DNA of 32,000 nucleotides from positions 690,001 to 722,000 of the forward strand of contig JASBSB010000001.1 of NCBI GenBank assembly GCA_030149205.1. The letters run 5' to 3'. The notes below the pieces were generated by a model, which saw only the letters and a list, made by a program, of their open reading frames with translations, ran no database searches and was not told the DNA's origin. This DNA comes from Candidatus Heimdallarchaeota archaeon (GTDB taxonomy: Archaea > Asgardarchaeota > Heimdallarchaeia > Heimdallarchaeales > Kariarchaeaceae). The position numbers and the translations under genes are program-made. How positions within the stretch are numbered: position 1 is the first letter of the stretch; the number at the start of each line of letters is the position of its first letter. Shown here one piece after another: positions 1 to 9,635 of this stretch.

Positions 1-348
1 GGCGGAAGAACATCAAGTACTCAAGGGTTAATTGTGAGTGCGCTTAACCTAAAACCAATACTATCTATTGATGAGGGGTTATTGGAGTCACATACAGTCG
101 CTTTTGGATATTCTAAAGGAATGGATAAACTAATTGATTTAACTAGAAATGAGTTTCATCCAAACGAACCACTTTATTGCAATGTAGTCTACGCTGGAAA
201 TCCCCTTGACGCTCAACAATTAACTTCCAAGGTAAAAGACCAGTTAAGGTGTAAAACATTAAGAACAAGCTCAATTGGTCCTAGTGTTGCCAGTAATACA
301 GGCCCTGGTGCATTGGGAGTTATGACAGTGCCTTATCCAAATTTCTGA
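1..348 (+). CDS. DegV/FakB-family fatty-acid-binding protein, C-terminal part (5' end outside window)
   Basis: Frame is open from base 1: GGRTSSTQGLIVSALNLKPILSIDEG...IGPSVASNTGPGALGV matches the DegV GGRI...LNIKPIL motif and the C-terminal HxGPGxxG-like motif. Confidence 0.85.
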   Translation, partial: GGRTSSTQGLIVSALNLKPILSIDEGLLESHTVAFGYSKGMDKLIDLTRNEFHPNEPLYCNVVYAGNPLDAQQLTSKVKDQLRCKTLRTSSIGPSVASNTGPGALGVMTVPYPNF

Positions 349-366
349 GGATAAGATCAGAAGTTC

Positions 367-1440
367 ATGAAAGTCAAACAGAAAAATAAATCCAAAAACA
401 CCTTTATCATTACACCTGAGACTGAAGAAGACATATATCAATTGTTTTTAAAGATCAGGATTGGTGATCTGGTTGGAAGCCGTACAACAAGAAAAATTAC
501 CCTACAGCAAAACGAGGGAAAGTCTGCAAAGGTTACCAGAGAATTGGTTTTTTTGGTTGTAAGGTGTGAAAGGCTAGAATACAAGGGACTTGGTGACCAT
601 ATTAAAGTCAGTGGACCTATAGTTGAGTCATCAGATGACAAAATCTCTCTACATTCACATCATAGCATCAGCATCGCTCCACTTCAAGACGTGGAATTAA
701 CTCGAGAAGTTTGGACTGATGGAGATATAGATGATCTTTATACTGAGAAAGATACAATTGGAAAAAGTGTGTTTATACTGGTGATTTCTGAGTCAGAGGC
801 GATTTTTGCTAAATTTGGCAGAATTGCTATCAGAATACTGGCTCAGGTCACACCATCCATCCCCCGAAAATCATCATCCTCAACACAACATCAAGAGGCA
901 CTTGAAAGGTATTTTGATGAATTGGAAGAATTAGGGTTACGATATCTGGATGAAATGGAAAAACTGGTTTTATTGGGGACTGGGTTCACGAAAAACAATT
1001 TTAAAGATTACCTAGATTCAAAGCCTTCAAAGCTCGTGAGACTTTTGGAGGTTAAAGATACCCTTTCAGAGGGTAAAAACGCACTTACAGAGTATGTTAG
1101 GAGCATTACTGAAACTGATGACCCCAACTTCAAGAACGCTGTTGAACAAGTTAATTACACTGACAAGCTTTTAGAGGAGCTTGGTAGAGATTCAGGAAAG
1201 GTTGCCTATGGAGTGGATCATATTGAGAAGGTAATTGAGATGGGAGCAGTAGATGTCCTGATAATATTAGATGAATTAATCTATTCAGAACCACTTAATA
1301 GAGAACAGATGGAAAAGATAATCGATAAAACTAAGAAGTATGGTGGAACTGTATTTATAGCCAAGGCAAACCTCCCCAATAGTGAGGTAATAAAAGGATT
1401 AGGAGGGCTAGTAGGCTTGTTGAGGTTTCCTGTGGATTAA
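367..1440 (+). CDS. pelA: Pelota/Dom34 ribosome-rescue factor
   Basis: N-terminal ITPETEEDIYQLFLKIRIGDLVGSRTTRKI, HSHHS loop, C-terminal AYG..IEKVIEMGAVDVLII and GGLVGLLRFP of the eRF1/pelota fold; 357 aa. Confidence 0.95.
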   Translation: MKVKQKNKSKNTFIITPETEEDIYQLFLKIRIGDLVGSRTTRKITLQQNEGKSAKVTRELVFLVVRCERLEYKGLGDHIKVSGPIVESSDDKISLHSHHSISIAPLQDVELTREVWTDGDIDDLYTEKDTIGKSVFILVISESEAIFAKFGRIAIRILAQVTPSIPRKSSSSTQHQEALERYFDELEELGLRYLDEMEKLVLLGTGFTKNNFKDYLDSKPSKLVRLLEVKDTLSEGKNALTEYVRSITETDDPNFKNAVEQVNYTDKLLEELGRDSGKVAYGVDHIEKVIEMGAVDVLIILDELIYSEPLNREQMEKIIDKTKKYGGTVFIAKANLPNSEVIKGLGGLVGLLRFPVD

Positions 1441-1961
1441 TGTGCATGATAAAAAAGCTTGTCTGAATAATGTGTCCTTTCAACGAATGATTGAGAGACA
1501 AAATCTTCAAGTATATCTCGAACTTGTTTTTTGGTAAGCTGAGGTAAAGAATCCATAATATCTGCCTCAGAAACCATTGATCCATCAGTTCCTGCTTGCA
1601 ATTTCAAGATACATAAAGCAACAGAAAGTTCATCCTCAGTTAAAGATTTTTTGACATTCCAGTCATCCAGAGATGGAAATGAAGACTGAATCTCTTGAAT
1701 AAATACATCTAATGCTTTTCTGACAACATCCTGAACACTAAAAACCAAAAATTGTGTCCTCACAAATTTTTTTAAGAGAAGATTTTGAATATGTACAAAA
1801 TATTCAGGGTCAATTTTAATTCCCTCATTTGAACTTGCAACAGATATACAATACCTGATGCATTCTGTGTTTGTCTTAAAGTTATGCTCCTTTTTTATCC
1901 TTTGAAACAGCTCGACCTGATCATCATCTAGCTCAATCCTCAGGCTTAAACTTTTATCCAT
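1437..1961 (-). CDS. Hypothetical DNA-binding protein; apparent RHH-RHH-winged-helix architecture
   Basis: SLSLRIELDDDQVELFQRIK..KTNTECIRYCI and IKIDPEYFVHIQNLL..SVQDVVRKALDVFI each resemble a beta-strand plus two helices (RHH). C-terminal LTEDELSVALCIL..VSEADIMDSL.QLTKKQVRDILEDFVSQSFVER resembles a wHTH. Judged by eye only. Confidence 0.5.
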   Translation of the reverse strand: MDKSLSLRIELDDDQVELFQRIKKEHNFKTNTECIRYCISVASSNEGIKIDPEYFVHIQNLLLKKFVRTQFLVFSVQDVVRKALDVFIQEIQSSFPSLDDWNVKKSLTEDELSVALCILKLQAGTDGSMVSEADIMDSLPQLTKKQVRDILEDFVSQSFVERTHYSDKLFYHAH

Positions 1962-2017
1962 AAAATTTTACCAGATTAATTCCCTAAAAATATAACAGGT
2001 ACGGGTTGTATTTATGA

Positions 2018-2329
2018 TTACGTTTTTGCCTTTTCTTCACTGTTCATGGCTTCTAAAATCATACCTGTCATTTCTGGTGAAAGTTCATTTGCTAACTGGG
2101 ATAATTCATCCGCACTTGCGGCTCTATAAAACACAGACCGCATATCCAAGAGGTTGGGAACACGGAAAATAACATGATTTTCCAAAAGCCTTCGCAAAGC
2201 ATACTTTACAGCCTTTGATTCCACATCATCTCCCAATCTTTCCTGTATCTCTTTAGCAGTTAAGTTCCCTGCTTTTGATAAAATCGAAACGATTTCCAAT
2301 GCCGGATAAGGTAATGATTGAATTGACAT
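2018..2329 (-). CDS. Small winged-helix DNA-binding protein
   Basis: AGNLTAKEIQERLG..VESKAVKYALRRLLENHVIFRVPNLLDMRSVFYR has a typical wHTH pattern with a D.R..fY wing. Confidence 0.65.
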   Translation of the reverse strand: MSIQSLPYPALEIVSILSKAGNLTAKEIQERLGDDVESKAVKYALRRLLENHVIFRVPNLLDMRSVFYRAASADELSQLANELSPEMTGMILEAMNSEEKAKT

Positions 2330-2531
2330 TGATGGGTAATTAATCTAGGAACATACGATTTAATAATGTTAATGCTATGACTGAGAATCAACAAAAAAAT
2401 CCAAAATAAGAAGTTTAACTGCATGTAGAGGTAAAGTAATAAAGAAAGAGGTTTTTATCCTACAGGAGGGTACTCAATTTTTCATTAGCAACCTTTTAAA
2501 AAGCATTATAATCCAAATTGACTAAAACTAC

Positions 2532-3287
2532 TCATTCCAAATTAGTTTGAGTCCCATTGTTGAAAAATTCTACTAATTGTTGATCAACATCAGGGGGGAT
2601 GTATGTGACTAACTGTCTTGCTGCATTGTATGCAAGCTCTTTGTCATAGTTTACCCTTACAAAAGTGATGGGGGAAGCGAGCGAATTTTGGTAAATGGTT
2701 TGCCATTCCTCAATCAAACTGTCCATCTCCTCTACATCTGGAACTTGATTAATAACAGCCAAAACTTTAGTTCCAATTTTAGGGACGACTCTTGAATAAA
2801 AATTTTTAACCAGTTTTTGAGTTCCAAAAAATGACTGATAGTCAGCCCGTAGAATTATCAGAAGATAATCTGATAGTGTCATCATACTTAAGGCAAACAA
2901 TTGCAAGCCTGGGGTCATATCAAAGATTATGAGGTCATATCTGAGATTTGAGATATCAGAACGGAATCTATTCCTGATTTTTAAGAACCAGGATCTATCA
3001 TATGAATGAATCCTGTCTGAGGGGTTAAAGGTATCAGATGCAAACAATATGTCAAGCTGAGGGGATTGGTTATAGATACAGTCTTTAAGTGGAGCAGCCC
3101 CATTTAGATAATCATTAAAATAAAGCTCTGGATTTACCTCATGGAATATATTTTTGAAGCTTGGCATTAGGAAATCAGCCTCTATAAGCAATACTTTTTG
3201 AGTTGTACTAAGTGTTTGAGATAAATGAATCGCAATCGAGGTTTTTCCACTGCCACCTTTGTACGAATGGACAAAAACCAACCTCAC
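2532..3287 (-). CDS. MinD/ParA-family ATPase
   Basis: Deviant Walker A HSYKGGSGKT, VLLIEAD, switch-II region YDLIIFDMTPG, VINQVP. Confidence 0.85.
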   Translation of the reverse strand: MRLVFVHSYKGGSGKTSIAIHLSQTLSTTQKVLLIEADFLMPSFKNIFHEVNPELYFNDYLNGAAPLKDCIYNQSPQLDILFASDTFNPSDRIHSYDRSWFLKIRNRFRSDISNLRYDLIIFDMTPGLQLFALSMMTLSDYLLIILRADYQSFFGTQKLVKNFYSRVVPKIGTKVLAVINQVPDVEEMDSLIEEWQTIYQNSLASPITFVRVNYDKELAYNAARQLVTYIPPDVDQQLVEFFNNGTQTNLE

Positions 3288-3382
3288 ACATAGTTAAAAT
3301 CAGTTTGAAATATAACTATTTTTTAAACTATTCAATTTCTCAACAAAATTCACTACTTTTTTTGAATGCTAAGTTGTCACTA

Positions 3383-3814
3383 TCATTTTAAAGCTTTAAC
3401 AGCCTGAGTGGCACCACAGGCCTCACATCTCATCATCATAATACGGTCATTTTGTTCAAGTCTGGTGTCAGGTTTGTTACAGGTTGCACAAAGAACATAA
3501 AGCTCAATATATCTCTCTAGTGCTTTTTGAATCTGGTTACGAGAGTGCTTACCCTGTAAGATCACCCTCTGGCCCTCAACATTTGCAGAGGTACCGAGTT
3601 CATTTGTCAGAAATTTTAGAAAGTGAGACTCTTTTCTATGCAAGGTGTTCATTAAAGCCTTCAACGAGTTAATGAAGGTACGGTTACCTTCCACCTCAGA
3701 GTCAATTTTCGGGATTTCAAATCTTGTATCATCGTCTGCAACAATCTGTGGTAGATTAGACCTGCCTCTTGAGAGAGCATCATCATAATCATATTTTTCC
3801 CAGTATTTACTCAT
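3383..3814 (-). CDS. eif2b: Translation initiation factor aIF-2 beta subunit
   Basis: YDYDDALSRGRSNLP, RFEIPKIDSEVEGNRTFI, FLTNELGT, Zn ribbon CATC...CEACGA; 143 aa. Confidence 0.95.
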   Translation of the reverse strand: MSKYWEKYDYDDALSRGRSNLPQIVADDDTRFEIPKIDSEVEGNRTFINSLKALMNTLHRKESHFLKFLTNELGTSANVEGQRVILQGKHSRNQIQKALERYIELYVLCATCNKPDTRLEQNDRIMMMRCEACGATQAVKALK

Positions 3815-4000
3815 AAAATAAATGTTGAGACAGAGAATAAATACTTTAGGTAAGAAACAAGAGATGCAAATCCGCTCAACTTTACGCCTTAGGAGTGATT
3901 TTAAATTTTGACGTTCCAGTTTAAATTCCTGAATTATGACACGTAAACAGTTTGTAAGTTAGTCATTTAAAACTTGAAGGGGTATTGTATAATTAGAAAA

Positions 4001-6226
4001 ATGTCATCAAATCAAGGTGAAGCCCCAAAGGACGACCGCCCATTTATCGAATTGCGAGTTGCAGAAGCCAAGCAAAGAGATGTAATTAGAGGAAAGGTAA
4101 GATTAGATACTGATTCAATGAAAGCAATTGGTATTGCCACAGGTGATATTGTTGAAATTGAAGGTAAAAAAAGAGTGACGGCAGCGGTTGCCTGGCCAGC
4201 CTACACACAAGATGTGAAAAAGTCTATCATAAGAATGGATGGTGTGATCAGAAGAAACGCTGGTGTCTCTCTTAGTGACAAAGTGATTGTCAGAAGAGCA
4301 ATTGTCTCTAAAGCAGAAAAAATTGTTTTTGCCCCAGCTACAATGAATGTAAATCTAGATATTGCATTTGAATCATTTGTAAAGAGAAAATTGGTAGGTT
4401 ACCCCCTATCAGAAAAAGACACTGTTATGATTCCAGTTCTAGGAAAAGCTATTCCTTTTGTGATTAAATCAACAAACCCTGATGGGATCGTATTAATCAC
4501 AAATGAAACTGTTTTAGAAGTCTCTGACAAACCAATTGATGATAAAGGTCTCGGTGGAAAGCCTAAGATTTCTTATGAGGACATTGGTGGTCTTGTAGAC
4601 ACAATCCAAAAAGTTAGAGAGATGGTTGAACTCCCGTTGAAACATCCAGAATTGTTTGAGAAGCTGGGAATAGATCCTCCAAAAGGTGTGCTCTTACATG
4701 GCCCTCCTGGGGTTGGTAAAACCCTGATTGCAAGAGCTGTTGCAAACGAGTCTCAGGCACATTTTATATCACTTAATGGCCCAGAAATTATGTCAAAATA
4801 CTATGGTGAAAGTGAACAGAGATTACGAAGCATATTTAGAGAAGCACAGGAAAATGCACCAACAATCATCTTCATTGACGAGATTGATGCTATAGCTCCA
4901 AGAAGAGAGGATACCACAGGTGAAGTTGAAAGAAGAGTAGTCGCTCAAATGCTCTCATCAATGGATGGAATCACCAGCAGAGGACAGGTAATTGTAATTG
5001 CAGCGACTAACCGAGTAAACTCAATCGATCCTGCTTTACGAAGACCAGGTAGATTCGACAGGGAAATTGAGATAGGTGTCCCAACCTTTGACGGCAGATT
5101 TGAGATACTGCAGATTCACACCAGAGGGATGCCACTTGCTGACGATGTTGATCTAAGAGAAATCGCAGAAACAACTCACGGTATGGTAGGTGCAGACCTA
5201 ATGGCTCTTGGCAGAGAGGCGGCAATGCAGACTCTCAGGAGATTTTTACCTGAGATTGATTTGGATGAGGAGACAATTCCATCTGAAATTCTTGATAGAA
5301 TGGAGGTAACGCATGATGATTTCTTAAATGCACAAAAGGAGGTTCAACCTTCTGCATTAAGAGAGGTCTTCATCGAAGCTCCAGACGTAACCTTTGAGAA
5401 TGTTGGTGGGTTGGACACTGTCATAGAAGAACTAAAAGAAACAGTGGAATGGCCAATCAAGCAACCAGAGGCATTCGAGAGGATTGGTATAACACCCCCC
5501 AGAGGAATATTACTATATGGTCCACCAGGTACTGGTAAAACCATGCTTGCCAAAGCTGTGGCAAATGAATCTGAGGCTAACTTTATCTCAATTAAGGGTC
5601 CAGAATTACTCAGTAAATGGGTTGGTGAATCAGAAAAAGCTATCAGAGAGATATTCAGGAAGGCTCGACAAGCTGCTCCAGCAATCATCTTCTTTGATGA
5701 AATTGACTCAATTGCCCCAAGAAGAGGGATGACCTCAGATTCGTCTGTAACTGAAAGAGTTATCTCACAATTCCTTACTGAAATTGATGGGTTGGAATCA
5801 TTGACTGACGTTGTCATACTGGCAGGAACCAACAGACCAGATATCATTGATCCAGCTCTTTTAAGACCCGGAAGATTTGACAGAATCATACATGTTCCCG
5901 CCCCGCTTCTAGAGGGAAGAAAGGATATTCTTGATATTTACACACGAAAGATGCCCTTGGACCGTGATGTTGATCTTGAAGGTATAGCCTTACAGACTGA
6001 TGGGTTTGTGGGATCAGATATTGAGGCACTATGTAGAGAGGCAGGAATATTAGCTTTAAGAGAAAACCTCTTCACAGAGACTGTGAAGCATATACATTTC
6101 GAAAAGGCACTCCAGAAGATCCACGCAACTATGACACCAGAGGCAATTGAATACTACAATAAGCTTGAGAAGAGCCTTAAGACCCAGCATGGACAAAAAG
6201 CTCTCCACATTGCTGACTTTGAATAA
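4001..6226 (+). CDS. cdc48: Cdc48/VCP (VAT) AAA+ ATPase
   Basis: N domain ([19 protein letters not shown]) plus two AAA modules: [24 protein letters not shown] and [26 protein letters not shown] 4001 preferred over TTG 3974 because an AT-rich TATA-like box lies at 3966-3973. Confidence 0.97.
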   Translation: MSSNQGEAPKDDRPFIELRVAEAKQRDVIRGKVRLDTDSMKAIGIATGDIVEIEGKKRVTAAVAWPAYTQDVKKSIIRMDGVIRRNAGVSLSDKVIVRRAIVSKAEKIVFAPATMNVNLDIAFESFVKRKLVGYPLSEKDTVMIPVLGKAIPFVIKSTNPDGIVLITNETVLEVSDKPIDDKGLGGKPKISYEDIGGLVDTIQKVREMVELPLKHPELFEKLGIDPPKGVLLHGPPGVGKTLIARAVANESQAHFISLNGPEIMSKYYGESEQRLRSIFREAQENAPTIIFIDEIDAIAPRREDTTGEVERRVVAQMLSSMDGITSRGQVIVIAATNRVNSIDPALRRPGRFDREIEIGVPTFDGRFEILQIHTRGMPLADDVDLREIAETTHGMVGADLMALGREAAMQTLRRFLPEIDLDEETIPSEILDRMEVTHDDFLNAQKEVQPSALREVFIEAPDVTFENVGGLDTVIEELKETVEWPIKQPEAFERIGITPPRGILLYGPPGTGKTMLAKAVANESEANFISIKGPELLSKWVGESEKAIREIFRKARQAAPAIIFFDEIDSIAPRRGMTSDSSVTERVISQFLTEIDGLESLTDVVILAGTNRPDIIDPALLRPGRFDRIIHVPAPLLEGRKDILDIYTRKMPLDRDVDLEGIALQTDGFVGSDIEALCREAGILALRENLFTETVKHIHFEKALQKIHATMTPEAIEYYNKLEKSLKTQHGQKALHIADFE

Positions 6227-6414
6227 TCAAATTAAGTAATACAAATTTAATTGTTTTGAGCGTGGGAAGGTAGACTTCCAAATTAATTTTAACAATTTTC
6301 TTAACTGGCAACAATTGTCTAGATTCGGAATATAAGTTATACACACCGGATGTTATTTCCATATTCTTTAATAAGTGAAAAAACCAAATAGGTATAAGAG
6401 AAGTTGAAACTATA

Positions 6415-7188
6415 ATGGCGATGGAACAACCAAAAAAAGTTGGAAGAGATCGAAGTAAGAGACCAAGAGCTATGAAATGGGAGACAGAGTTGTTAGAGAT
6501 CATTGAAGAGTCTCCAGACGTTAAAACATTCAGGTTCGAGAAACCTGAAGACTGGACATTTATCCCTGGTCAGTTTGTAATGGTCTTCTTTCCTGAGATA
6601 TTTGGAAAGAAAAACCGAGCCTATTCCATTAGTTCATCCCCCAACTCTCCTTATCTTGATTTAACAATAAAGTTGTATGGTGTGTTTACACATTATATGT
6701 GGACATTAAAAGAAGGATCATCATGGACTCTAAGAGGTCCATATGGACATTTTATTATGGACATGGACCGTAACAATGACATCATACTTGTTGGTGCAGG
6801 TGTTGGAATAACTCCTCTGATGTCAATGTTAAGGTGGTCAACCGAGGAAAAAATTGACAGAAGATTTCTCCTTCTTTACTCAAATAAGACACCAAAAGAC
6901 ATTGTGTTTAACGAAGAAATTCAAGTGATACAGAGCATGAATCCAAATGTCAAGGTCGTTCACACATTAACAAGACTACAAGATAAACTGAAATCCAATT
7001 GGCCAGGTCTTACAGGTAGAATCTCGGCAGATATGATCCGTGATCAGGTAAAACACTGGCAAGAACCAGGAGCAGAAATTGCCACAGTTTTCGGGTGTGG
7101 GCCTGCTGCAATGCTAACAACAATGGAAGAAGTCATGATTTCACTTGGCTGGCCAAAAGAAGAGATTCATTACGAAAAATTCTGGTAA
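6415..7188 (+). CDS. FAD/NAD(P)H oxidoreductase, ferredoxin-NADP+ reductase (FNR) superfamily
   Basis: FIPGQF, RAYSISS (RxYS FAD motif), GPYG, GAGVGITP, YSNK, FGCGP and aromatic C-terminus HYEKFW. Confidence 0.9.
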   Translation: MAMEQPKKVGRDRSKRPRAMKWETELLEIIEESPDVKTFRFEKPEDWTFIPGQFVMVFFPEIFGKKNRAYSISSSPNSPYLDLTIKLYGVFTHYMWTLKEGSSWTLRGPYGHFIMDMDRNNDIILVGAGVGITPLMSMLRWSTEEKIDRRFLLLYSNKTPKDIVFNEEIQVIQSMNPNVKVVHTLTRLQDKLKSNWPGLTGRISADMIRDQVKHWQEPGAEIATVFGCGPAAMLTTMEEVMISLGWPKEEIHYEKFW

Positions 7189-7253
7189 AATTAAATCACA
7201 AAAATTCGTCAAAAAACCTTATTAAAATTTTTGAGCCTTTGTTAATACATTAT

Positions 7254-7910
7254 CTAATCATTATCAAATAATTTCATGTTATCTTCAAGAAACAGTTCCC
7301 CGGTCTCTCCTGACCAGAATGATTTTCCTTTCCCTTTGAAATTAAATGAGATGTCTACATCTTGATCTCCCCCAAATAATGCCACAGAGATGATACTTTC
7401 TCTGTCAAGTGCCTTCAGACTCTTAGCTAGTATGAAAAAAGTACGAGCATAGATTCCTCGCTTTGCGGCAACCTCCTGAGCATGACGTAGATACGATTCA
7501 TCAGGGTGGACAACAACAATATCAAAATTTAAAGTCTCAAGTGAATCCAATAGTGGCAAAGATTCACCTGTCAACATCACAACTTTGTTCTTCATTTCGA
7601 GCTTCAGAGTTAAATCATTAAAAATTTCACGTAAACTCCTGTAATCAGCCCTTGCCACTTCAGAGGGGAATATTTGCTTTGAATCATAATCAGCGTTAAT
7701 GGTATCATACAACATTAGCTCTTCATGCACCTGATCAAATCTCAAAAGCTCATCTCTAATCTGCCATTTGTGTTTGTTATTACATTCTATGAATCCATCA
7801 AAAATTTTGGATTCATCAAAATCCCCAGAGACCTTATACTTCCTGTTAAATTCCATGCCTGAACTGAGACATTCTGGACACCAGAAGAGGTCAATAATCT
7901 TTAATTTCAT
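7254..7910 (-). CDS. Trm112-like Zn-binding N-terminal domain fused to a degenerate methyltransferase-like domain
   Basis: MKLKIIDLFWCPECL...DGFIECNNKHKWQIRDELLRF follows the Trm112 pattern (LDILxCPxC...GxLxC...yPIxDGIP). The C-terminal VVVHPDESYLRHAQEVAAKRG resembles the motif II-III region of class I MTases, but there is no GxGxG. Confidence 0.55.
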   Translation of the reverse strand: MKLKIIDLFWCPECLSSGMEFNRKYKVSGDFDESKIFDGFIECNNKHKWQIRDELLRFDQVHEELMLYDTINADYDSKQIFPSEVARADYRSLREIFNDLTLKLEMKNKVVMLTGESLPLLDSLETLNFDIVVVHPDESYLRHAQEVAAKRGIYARTFFILAKSLKALDRESIISVALFGGDQDVDISFNFKGKGKSFWSGETGELFLEDNMKLFDND

Positions 7911-8079
7911 AAGACCAAATTCGATGTGAGAATTAAAAAGAAATGATTGTTATTCAATTTTTTGTGTAATGTTAAATCCAATGTATCATAATTTAGATAA
8001 GCAAGGGATGAAATTCAAGGTACCCAGCCATCTCCCAAAATATGACTTTATTAACCCAAAATTTCAGTGATGTTTTGAG

Positions 8080-8379
8080 ATGTATTGTCTTAAAGTTCAC
8101 CAGGTGGATGGTCATAGAATGATTGCTATCTGTGATGAAGAGATCCTCGGAAAGTCCCTCAAACACAATGGAGCAACTATAGTAGTTCAGGAGAGGTTTT
8201 ATGGAAAGGATACTTATGAGGAAGATGAAGTCCTGATGGAACTGAAAGCCTTCACACAGCTTAATGTGATTGGTGAAAAAATCACCAACCTCCTAATTAA
8301 AAACAGAATAGTCCATCCAGCCAGCGTCTTGTGGATTGAACACGATGGTATAAAAATTGGGCATGTTATGGTGTTTTAA
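8080..8379 (+). CDS. DUF424 family protein
   Basis: MYCLKVH...MIAICDEEILGK...VQERFYG...LNVIGEKI...GHV pattern; 1-nt overlap with the next gene. Confidence 0.85.
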   Translation: MYCLKVHQVDGHRMIAICDEEILGKSLKHNGATIVVQERFYGKDTYEEDEVLMELKAFTQLNVIGEKITNLLIKNRIVHPASVLWIEHDGIKIGHVMVF

Positions 8380-9452
8380 TGAGAGAGCTATTTTGTGTAA
8401 AATGTGGGAAAACTCAGGTGCCTTTGCAGGAATCACTTTGCGAAACTTGCTATTGGCAAAGCCACACGAGCTTTACTTTTAAATCTCGAGCAATAGAAAT
8501 TAACACATGTCTTGAGTGCGGTGCAATCATGTTGCCGAGTGGTTGGACTGGCTCAAACACTGGAGAAAAAGCAATTTTCCTGATTTTACAAAACGTCCAT
8601 TATTGGGTTAAAGCACCTTTTGAGGTAGATTTTGAAGCAAGACAACTAACTGAACCACTTTGGGAAGATGGGAAACCCAGCTTTAGAATAGAGGTCACTG
8701 CAACTGATGATCTAATCGAACAATTTGAGCCACACGTAGAGACAAAAGAGATCGATGTTATAATCTTGTGGGGAACATGCAAGGCGTGTGTTGCAAAAAG
8801 AACAGGGAGCAAAGTTACCTTTCAGATTCGAGCAGATGGTAGAGAACTTACAAAGACTGAAGAGAAAGAGGTAGAACAAATTGTCACAAAGATTGTAAAG
8901 CAACTTCAACCAGAAAATCCAATGGCATTTGTTTCTGATGTCATCTATCAGACCTATGGATTTGACCTAAAGCTTGCAACACAGAGGTTGGGTGACATCA
9001 TCATGGAACAACTTGTTAAACGCTGGGTGGGTGTCAAGGATAAGAATTATAAGCTCGTAGGGGAGGAAAGGGATGGAACCAGAAAATATGCACTTACTTT
9101 TCTTTTCAAACTCCCTCATGTAACAAATGATGAAATTGTTAGATATAACAACAGATATTTTTGGGTAGCTGGAATTAGCAAGGCAGGAGTAGAGCTTGTT
9201 GACCTTAAGAGCGATGAAAATATTTCAGTCTTAAAATACAAAGACATTCAAAAGCTGGATCCGCCACCATTTCATAAAAATTACCTAGTCATTTCACAGG
9301 ATCATGAGACAAAAGATTATCAACTTATGGATCTCCAAGATTTTCACACATTTGAAGTGTCAGGATTTGACTTTCCAAGGTTGTTGCACGTGGGAGAGGA
9401 AGAGGAATTCTTAATTATTGACGAGAATTTATTTATAGATAAGAGAAGTTAA
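8379..9452 (+). CDS. nmd3: NMD3 (large ribosomal subunit maturation factor)
   Basis: FCVKCG..LCETCY, CLECG and CKAC Zn motifs, FQIRA, GFDLKL, and a KLVGEERDG..KY.LTFLFKLP segment. Confidence 0.85.
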   Translation: MRELFCVKCGKTQVPLQESLCETCYWQSHTSFTFKSRAIEINTCLECGAIMLPSGWTGSNTGEKAIFLILQNVHYWVKAPFEVDFEARQLTEPLWEDGKPSFRIEVTATDDLIEQFEPHVETKEIDVIILWGTCKACVAKRTGSKVTFQIRADGRELTKTEEKEVEQIVTKIVKQLQPENPMAFVSDVIYQTYGFDLKLATQRLGDIIMEQLVKRWVGVKDKNYKLVGEERDGTRKYALTFLFKLPHVTNDEIVRYNNRYFWVAGISKAGVELVDLKSDENISVLKYKDIQKLDPPPFHKNYLVISQDHETKDYQLMDLQDFHTFEVSGFDFPRLLHVGEEEEFLIIDENLFIDKRS

Positions 9453-9635
9453 CCTGTTACACTTTATCTTGAAAAGTAGTCTTACTTGGTTGTATCCTTA
9501 CAAAGGATTAGTCTTACAAGGTATTTTTTAATCGACTTACGATCCTTGGAGGAATATAATGCAATTAATATAGAATTCCATGTCACTTTTTTTGAAGCAG
9601 AAAGGATTTATACCTTTAACCTGCATCAAATTATG

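Noticed and set aside
960-990. Pelota GTGF instead of the usual PGF motif as a sign of inactivation
   Set aside because: Single substitution in an otherwise intact gene; such variation in archaeal orthologs cannot be excluded.
9486-9632. N-terminal extension of RIO1 (and similar extensions of Cdc48 at 3974 and GAPDH-like at 10567)
   Set aside because: The extensions are non-homologous and overlap the likely TATA boxes; downstream ATGs fit promoter spacing.
9453-9632. aIF-1A gene upstream of rio1, as in many archaea
   Set aside because: The gap is only ~180 nt and contains no OB-fold ORF.
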